NCBI GenBank assembly: GCA_032718475.1
Contig: JAUCBJ010002974.1
Coordinates: forward strand, 1-34,546
DNA: 34,546 bases
Source of the DNA: Nemertoderma westbladi
Lineage: Eukaryota; Animalia; Xenacoelomorpha
Direction: 5' to 3'
Shown here: piece by piece, positions 27,091 to 34,546 of the stretch
How positions within the stretch are numbered: the stretch's first letter is position 1
Layout of the letters: the number at the start of each line of letters is the position of its first letter
Notes under the pieces: model-generated
What the model was told of the DNA's origin: nothing
Seen by the model: the letters and a program-made list of their open reading frames with translations, nothing else
The model's database searches: none
Made by a program: the position numbers and the translations under genes

Positions 27091-30000
27091 CACCGCACTC
27101 TCAACGCGCTGTCACAGCCCCATCACCGCACTCTCAACGCGCTGTCACAGCCCCATCACCGCACTCTCAACGCGCTGTCACAGCCCCATTCACCGCACTC
27201 TCAACGCGCTGTCACAGCCCCATCACCGCACTCTCAACGCGCTGTCACAGCCCCATTACCGCATTCTCAACGCGCTGTCACAGCCCCATTCACCGCACTC
27301 TCAACGCGCTGTCACAGCCCCAGCACCGCACTCTCAACGCGCTGTCACAGCCCCATCACCGCACTCTCAACGCGCTGTCACAGCCCAATCACCGCACTCT
27401 CAACGCGCTGTCACAGCCCCATCACCGCACTCTCAACGCGCTGTCACAGCCCCATCACCGCACTCTCAACGCGCTGTCACAGCCCCATCACCGCACTCTC
27501 AACGCGCTGTAACAGACCCATCACCGCACTCTCAACGCGCTGTCACAGCCCCATTCACCGCACTCTCAACGCGCTGTCACAGCCCCATCACCGCACTCTC
27601 AACGCGCTGTTACAGCCCCATCACGGCACTCTCAACGCGCTGTCACAGCCCCATTACCGCACTCTCAACGCGCTCTCACAGCCCCATCACCGCACTCTCA
27701 ACGCGCTGTCACAGCCCCATTACCGCACTCTCAACGCGCTGTCACAGCCCCATTCACCGCACTCTCAACGCGCTGTCACAGCCCCATCACCGTAATCTCA
27801 ACGCGCTGTCACAGCCCCATCACCGCACTCTCAACGCGCTGTCACAGCGCCATCACAGCACTCTCAACGCGCTGTCATAGCCCCATCACCGCACTCTCAA
27901 CGCGCTGTCACAGCCCCATCACCGCACTCTCAACGCGCTGTCACAGCCCCATCACCGCACTCTCAACGCGCTGTCACAGCCCCATTCACCGCACTCTCAA
28001 CGCGCTGTCACAGCCCCATCACCGCACTCTCAACGCGCTGTCACAGCCCCATCACCGCACTCTCAACACGCTGTCACAGCCCCATTAGCACTCTCAACGC
28101 GCTGTCACAGCCCCATTACCGCACTCTCAACGCACTGCCACAGCCCCATTCACCGCACTCTCAACGCGCTGTCACAGCCCCATCACCGCACTCTCAACGC
28201 GCTGTCACAGCCCCATCACCGCACTCTCAACGTGCTGTCACAGCCCCATCACCGCACTCTCAACGCGCTGTCACAGCCCCATCACCACACTCTCAACGCG
28301 CTGTCACAGCCCCATCAGCACTCTCAATGCGCTGTCACAGCCCCATCAGCACTCGCAACGCGCTGTCACAGCCCCATCACCGCACTCTCAACGCGCTGCC
28401 ACAGCGCCATCACCGCACTCTCAACGCACTATCACAGCCCCATCACCGCACTCTCAACGCGCTGTCACAGCCCCATCACCGCACTCTCAACGCGCTGTCA
28501 CAGCCCCATCAGCACACTCAACGCGCTGTCACAGCCCCATCACCGCACTCTCAACGCGCTGTCACAGCCCCATCACCGCACTCTCAACGCGCTGTCACAG
28601 CCCCATCACCGCACTCTCAACGCACTGTTACAGCCCCATCACGGCACTCTCAACGCGCTGTCACAGCCCCATCACCGCACTCTCAACGCGCTGTCACAGC
28701 CCCATCACCGCACTCTCAACGCGCTGTCACAGCCCCATCACCGCACTCTCAACGCGCTGTCACAGCCCCATCACCGCACTCTCAACGCGCTGTCACAGCC
28801 CCATCACCGCACTCTCAACGCGCTGTCACAGCCCCATCACCGCACTCTCAACGCGCTGTCACAGCCCCATCACCGCACTCTCAACGCGCTGTCACAGCCC
28901 CATCACCGCACTCTCAACGTGCTGTCACAGCCCCATCACCGCACTCTCAACGCGCTGTCACAGCCCCATCACCGCACTCTCAACGCGCTGTCACAGCCCC
29001 ATCAGCACTCTCAATGCGCTGTCACAGCCCCATCAGCACTCGCAACGCGCTGTCACAGCCCCATCACCGCACTCTCAACGCGCTGTCACAGCGCCATCAC
29101 CGCACTCTCAACGCGCTGTCACAGCCCCATCACCGCACTCTCAACGCGCTGTCACAGCCCCATCACCGCACTCTCAACGCGCTGTCACAGCCCCATCACC
29201 GCACTCTCAACGCGCTGTCACAGCCCCATCACCGCACTCTCAACGCGCTGTCACAGCCCCATCACCGCACTCTCAACGCGCTGTCACAGCCCCATCACCG
29301 CACTCTCAACGCACTGTCACAGCCCCATCACCGGCACTCTCAACGCGCTGTCACAGCCCCATCACCGCACTCTCAACGCGCTGTCACAGCCCCATCACCG
29401 CACTCTCAACGCACTGTTACAGCCCCATCACGGCACTCTCAACGCGCTGTCACATCCCCATTAGCACACTCAACGCGCTGTCACAGCCCCATCACCGCAC
29501 TCTCAACGCGCTGTCACAGCCCCATCACCGCACTCTCAACGCGCTGTCACAGCCCCATTCACCGCACTCTCAACGCGCTGTCACAGCCCCATCACCGCAC
29601 TCTCAACGCGCTGTCACAGCCCCATCACCGCACTCTCAACGCGCTGTCACAGCCCCATCACCGCACTCTCAACGCGCTGTCACAGCCCCATCACCGCACT
29701 CTCAACGCGCTGTCACAGCCCCATCACCGCACTCTCAACGCGCTGTCACAGCCCCATCACCGCACTCTCAACGCGCTGTCACAGCCCCATCACCGCACTC
29801 TCAACGCGCTGTCACAGCCCCATCACCGCACTCTCAACGCGCTGTCACAGCCCCATCACCGCACTCTCAACGCGCTGTCACAGCCCCATCACCGCACTCT
29901 CAACGCGCTGTCACAGCCCCATCACCGCACTCTCAACGCGCTGTCACAGCCCCATCACCGCACTCTCAACGCGCTGTCACAGCCCCATCACCGCACTCTC

Positions 30001-31333
30001 AACGCGCTGTCACAGCCCCATCACCGCACTCTCAACGCGCTGTCACAGCCCCATCACCGCACTCTCAACGCGCTGTCACAGCCCCATCACCGCACTCTCA
30101 ACGCGCTGTCACAGCCCCATCACCGCACTCTCAACGCGCTGTCACAGCCCCATCACCGCACTCTCAACGCGCTGTCACAGCCCAATCACCGCACTCTCAA
30201 CGCGCTGTCACAGCCCCATCACCGCACTCTCAACGCGCTGTCACAGCCCCATCACCGCACTCTCAACGCGCTGTCACAGCCCCATCACCGTACTCTCAAC
30301 GCGCTGTCACAGCCCCATCACCGCACTCTCAACGCGCTGTCACAGCCCAATCACCGCACTCTCAACGCGCTGTCACAGCCCCATCACCGCACTCTCAACG
30401 CGCTGTCACAGCCCCATCACCGCACTCTCAACGCGCTGTCACAGCCCCATCACCGCACTCTCAACGCGCTGTCACAGCCCCATCACCGCACTCTCAACGC
30501 GCTGTCACAGCCCCATCACCGCACTCTCAACGCGCTGTCACAGCCCCATCACCGCACTCTCAACGCGCTGTCACAGCCCCATCACCGCACTCTCAACGCG
30601 CTGTCACAGCCCCATCACCGCACTCTCAACGCGCTGTCACAGCCCCATCACCGCACTCTCAACGCGCTGTCACAGCCCCATCACCGCACTCTCAACGCGC
30701 TGTCACAGCCCCATCACCGCACTCTCAACGCGCTGTCACAGCCCCATCACCGCACTCTCAACGCGCTGTCACAGCCCCATCACCGCACTCTCAACGCGCT
30801 GTCACAGCCCCATCACCGCACTCTCAACGCGCTGTCACAGCCCCATCACCGCACTCTCAACGCGCTCTCACAGCCCCATCACTGTATTCTCAACGCGCTG
30901 TCACAGCCCCATCACCGCACTCTCAACGCGCTGTCACAGCCCAATCACCGCACTCTCAACGCGCTCTCACAGCCCCATCACCGCACTCTCAACGCGCTCT
31001 CACAGCCCCATCACCGCACTGTCAACGCGCTGTCGCAGCCCCATCACCGCACTGTCAACGCGCTGTCACAGCCCCATCACCGCACTCTCAACGCGCTGTC
31101 ACAGCCCCATCACCGCACTCTCAACGCGCTGTCACAGCCCCATCACCGCACTCTCAACGCGCTGTCACAGCCCCATCACCGCACTCTCAACGCGCTGTCA
31201 CAGCCCCATCACCGCACTCTCAACGCGCTGTCACAGCCCCATCACCGCACTCTCAACGCGCTGTCACAGCCCCATCACCGCACTCTCAACGCGCTGCCAC
31301 AGCCCCATCACCCCACTCTCAACGCGCTATCAC
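27091..31333. repeat. 33-bp GC-rich minisatellite, ~128 units
   Basis: Unit CACCGCACTCTCAACGCGCTGTCACAGCCCCAT (16 C, 5 G, 7 A, 5 T), tandem with occasional +1/-2 indels. Confidence 0.99.
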
Positions 31334-31560
31334 CCCGAAGGTCATCTTTAGCGCATCTTTGAATGAATTTCTATAAAATAGGCCTATAAATCGGCAAAAT
31401 AAATTATTAAGGACTTTTGTCATTAAAAAGGTAAAGTATATATATTATTTAATCACACCATGAAATTGGTAAAATTTCTAGTCTTAAAAACTATAAAATA
31501 GATTAGAATAAATTTAATTAAAATGAGTATTATGAAAGCGCAAAAAAAAATGTCCTTGTC

Positions 31561-32114
31561 AACTATCCTTGTCAACAGCAATTCAAATATTCAATATTAA
31601 AATACGCCCAATCATTAGCTACAATTTTTCATTATTATGGCCATACCTAAACTCAACCAACCTACACAATTTAGATAAAATAAAGGCAACGTTTCTCAAA
31701 CGTGTACTGAGCGTCCACAAAAGCTCCCTTAATCGACTTTTGCTAGCTATGTGCAAAGAAAAACCCTTAATAGAAGATTTGGTAGCAATGCTAAAACTCC
31801 CGGTAACAGATTCTCTCCTTAAATATCGAGCTGAAGTCGATCAGAAGAACTCCGAAATACCGACTGAATTCTGGAACTCTCCGGCCTTTATTTCGAGGAC
31901 CTGGGTGCTGCCAAACAGTTCAAGTCGCCATATAACCACGAGGTTTTCGATGCACGGATTCCATTTTAAAATATGTACAAATAAATCCTATCACCAACCG
32001 GACTCATCCTGTATTTGCACGCTTTGCGGGGGCGTTGCAACCAGGTATCACCTAACTGACTGCACGTGCAACACAAAGAGCATTACTCAGTGGGCCAAAG
32101 GCGAGATCACTTAA
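31561..32114 (+). mobile_element. 5'-truncated non-LTR retrotransposon (LINE) ORF2 C-terminal fragment
   Basis: The translation has the post-RT thumb-like pattern IFNIKIRPIISY..LLW..LDKIKATFLKRVL and a C-terminal Cx2Cx7Hx3C zinc knuckle (CTLCGGVATRYHLTDC) preceded by RHITTRFSMHGFH. No RT catalytic core or ATG start (listed start is TTG). Clade not determinable by eye. Confidence 0.8.
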
Positions 32115-33190
32115 AAAGGTAAATATAGAATCCAAAAAACGTAGCTCGGGTTCATTGCGAAATACTTTTCAGTTTTATGGTAAATTGACACAACTACTGT
32201 ACGTCTACAAAGAGAAAACCTGGATGTTGGTTTATTCAGCACCGACTGCGACTGTCCAATTCCAAAACACAATCAAACTATTTATTCCTTGAGGTTGGTT
32301 TATTTCTTTATACAGTAAAGTATGAACATGAGGGCCTACTGGATCATAATACTGGAATTCCAAATTCAAAATTGAACGCAAAAGGTACTATCGGTTTGCA
32401 CCAAATATTACGAGATAGGTGAATTACGGTCTGACAAATATAAACTCTGTAATGGCGAACGAGACCAATTTTTTGGAATTTGTAGGTCTAGAGACGGGAG
32501 AGTGCAGTATTTACAGAAGTTACGTACTTCAATTGCAGGTCTAGTCTAGACTCTAGACAATGCCATGAGAGTTTGGGTTCGAAAGAGACAGTCTGATGAA
32601 CAGATTAGGAGGGAGTTATGGAAATATTTACATGTACTGAAAATACAGTAGTGCAATCAGATTAGTGCAAATTAGATTAGCAAATATTTGCGTGGATTAG
32701 GCCTACATAGAATACTCCTCTACTACACTGAACTGTGAATAATCCTTACAGTGCAGTAGTTGGAGCATTCCTTGGTGGGTTGCGCATCAAGTAGACAATA
32801 AGTAACTTAATATTGATAATTACTTCACAGTCATTAGGCCTACTATTTACAGTTCACAAAAATAACAATCTCTTTCCAATAAATATAATTTTCTCGGATT
32901 CCGATGATGTGAATGTTTCAACGATAAAGGTTACAGTGGAGGTCATAATACTATAACGAATTTTTATTAAACCATTTTCCACTTACTGATGAAATTTTCA
33001 ATATCTTTTATATAATTCAAAGTTGGAAAATTTTCACTATGCTGAGTAAATTTTGGTCGTTTCTTTGTAAGTGGGTCAAATTTAATAATACTGTCCTCGT
33101 ACTTATCTCCTTAACACAAATCAGTTAGATCCCTTCCTTGCCTATCTTATTTGTGGAGTTTAAATTCTTGATTGTTATTATTAATTATTA

Positions 33191-33430
33191 TTATTCCAAA
33201 ATTGTAACATTACTCAACTACTGTGGTAACCCATGACGGCGTTAAGTAATGTCCCCTTAGTGGACATTACTTAAAGCCGTCAATGGTTACCACCTAAACA
33301 ATAACACCAAATACAATACTAAATGTACAGGCCAATACAATGATGTAATGTCCTCTAAAGTTGTAAAGTGCTAAATAACAACTCGCTGTTAATACTAACG
33401 GCGTTGAGTAATGTTACAATTTTGGAATAA
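33191..33430. mobile_element. 240-bp MITE-like element with 28-bp perfect terminal inverted repeats
   Basis: TTATTCCAAAATTGTAACATTACTCAAC (33191-33218) is the exact reverse complement of 33403-33430. Internal 32-bp-arm hairpin at 33223-33293. No coding capacity and no clear TSD. Confidence 0.75.
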
Positions 33431-33575
33431 ATGGTTATTACTTATTATTGCATTGCGTTCTAGAACAATACGATTATCTCGGGGAAAACTAATGGGTTGG
33501 GTTAAATCAATTCTGCCAAATGTTTTCTAGAAAAAGGTCCACAATCGTGTTAACGTTAGACTACTGTATTAAAAA

Positions 33576-33710
33576 TGTTTTATTCCAAGGGAGATTTATA
33601 TTAATAGTCTAGTATTTAATAGTATTTAGTGCGTTGCATTACCTGTGCAGGTAGGCCTACTGCATAGGGAATGCAACGTAATCAAACATTAATAGAAATC
33701 TCATAAAACA
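33576..33710. repeat. Long imperfect palindrome
   Basis: Inner arms 33632-33650/33660-33678 (17 of 19 paired). Outer arms 33591-33605/33688-33702 (14 of 15). TGTTTTAT/ATAAAACA outermost. Confidence 0.8.
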
Positions 33711-34002
33711 AAAAACAAAATTAAAAATATTTCGCATTTATAATATTTTATCTAGATGCCCTTTGGATACAAATCCATGACTTTGCTCTGACTTTGTAAC
33801 TGTATGTCTGCACTTCAATAAAATAAAGTGCATGCAGGTACAGTTCAGCTATATAGTGAGTTTTCACTTTGTACAATGATGTAGCAAACATTGTCAGATA
33901 AAATTCCAACTACTTTCTTTCTAGGCTAAGCGTACGGGTTTTATTCCGTTTGCACACGTTGGATGGCACCTCTCGACACGGACGGAGTCATACAGTTTCA
34001 TA

Positions 34003-34541
34003 TCATGTTGTATACGACAGAATATACTGTGGAACATCTGAGTTGCGCTCGCAAGGGGTGGGATGATTTCTTGGTCCGAAGGAATACATGTAACCGTGAG
34101 TAGAAGATGGACGTCCGGGTTCCGGAGGGGGGTAGGCGGACTGCGGTACCGGACCGGGAGTACCGGAAGAGGGAATGAAACCGGGGTTCATTGTAGTCGT
34201 GGTTACGTACGAGGAGTTGCTCTGTAGGGAGTGTTGTCGATGAATGGGTGCCCGAGGTGGTGGAAGAGGGCCTCCTTGTGCGGTGGTTGGTCTATGTTGT
34301 GGGTGGCCCTGTGTTGAAGCGCTAGGGAATATCGGCTCAAAACTGGAGGTCGAGGTACGAAGTTGTTTTATCTGTATGGATGGACCCCCATGTTGGAAGT
34401 GTTCTGTTGATGTGTGCATCTCTTGTGGGAATCTTTCAATCGATGTGTGCGATTGGTGGGGGAACCTCGGTGTTGCCAAGTCTTGGGAATAACTTCTCGA
34501 ACCAGACCCGCCCATCATAGCCGACTGTTGCACAGCCATGT
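34003..34541 (-). CDS. Probable terminal coding exon, low-complexity Pro/Ser/Gln/His/Thr-rich (likely disordered) protein C-terminus; product unknown
   Basis: 178-codon open frame in a GC-richer, non-repetitive block. The minus strand begins TTTAG|AC ATG, a plausible splice acceptor (AG at 34543-34542). An AATAAA lies downstream on the minus strand (33945-33940). No recognisable domain. Confidence 0.6.
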
Positions 34542-34546
34542 CTAAA

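Noticed and set aside
27033-31362. His-rich or mucin-like proteins (159, 410, 1011 aa)
   Set aside because: All three plus frames of the 33-bp unit are stop-free, and the ORFs hop between frames at indels. There is no synonymous bias, signal peptide or unique domain.
31423-32123. TTAAAAAGGTAAA (31423, 32111) as a LINE target-site duplication
   Set aside because: The left copy is about 125 bp from the apparent 5' junction, the word is AT-rich, and a near-identical word occurs in the 142-bp repeat.
34244-34492. 82-aa Cys/Gly-rich plus-strand ORF
   Set aside because: Antisense shadow of the Pro/Thr/His-rich minus-strand ORF.

Overview
Eukaryotic (probably invertebrate animal; inference) repeat-dominated window, with no prokaryotic genes, RNA genes or CRISPR. 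About 1-24592 is one head-to-tail 78-bp satellite array (~315 monomers) with nested higher-order duplications; all long minus-strand ORFs there are artefacts of a stop-free frame in a 3n monomer. 24593-27090 is AT-rich unique-looking DNA with Helentron/DINE-1(HINE)-like motifs, a 142-bp x3.3 repeat and a single perfect orphan copy of the 78-bp monomer. 27091-31333 is a 33-bp C-rich minisatellite (~128 units) behind a (CTT)n tract. After it come a 5'-truncated non-LTR retrotransposon ORF2 C-terminus with a zinc knuckle (31561-32114), a 240-bp MITE-like nested inverted-repeat element, a second long palindrome, and a probable terminal coding exon on the minus strand. I see no supportable new protein-coding system. 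The best lead is a possible snapshot of satellite birth beside a rolling-circle-type element, plus apparent TA-transposon excision footprints.
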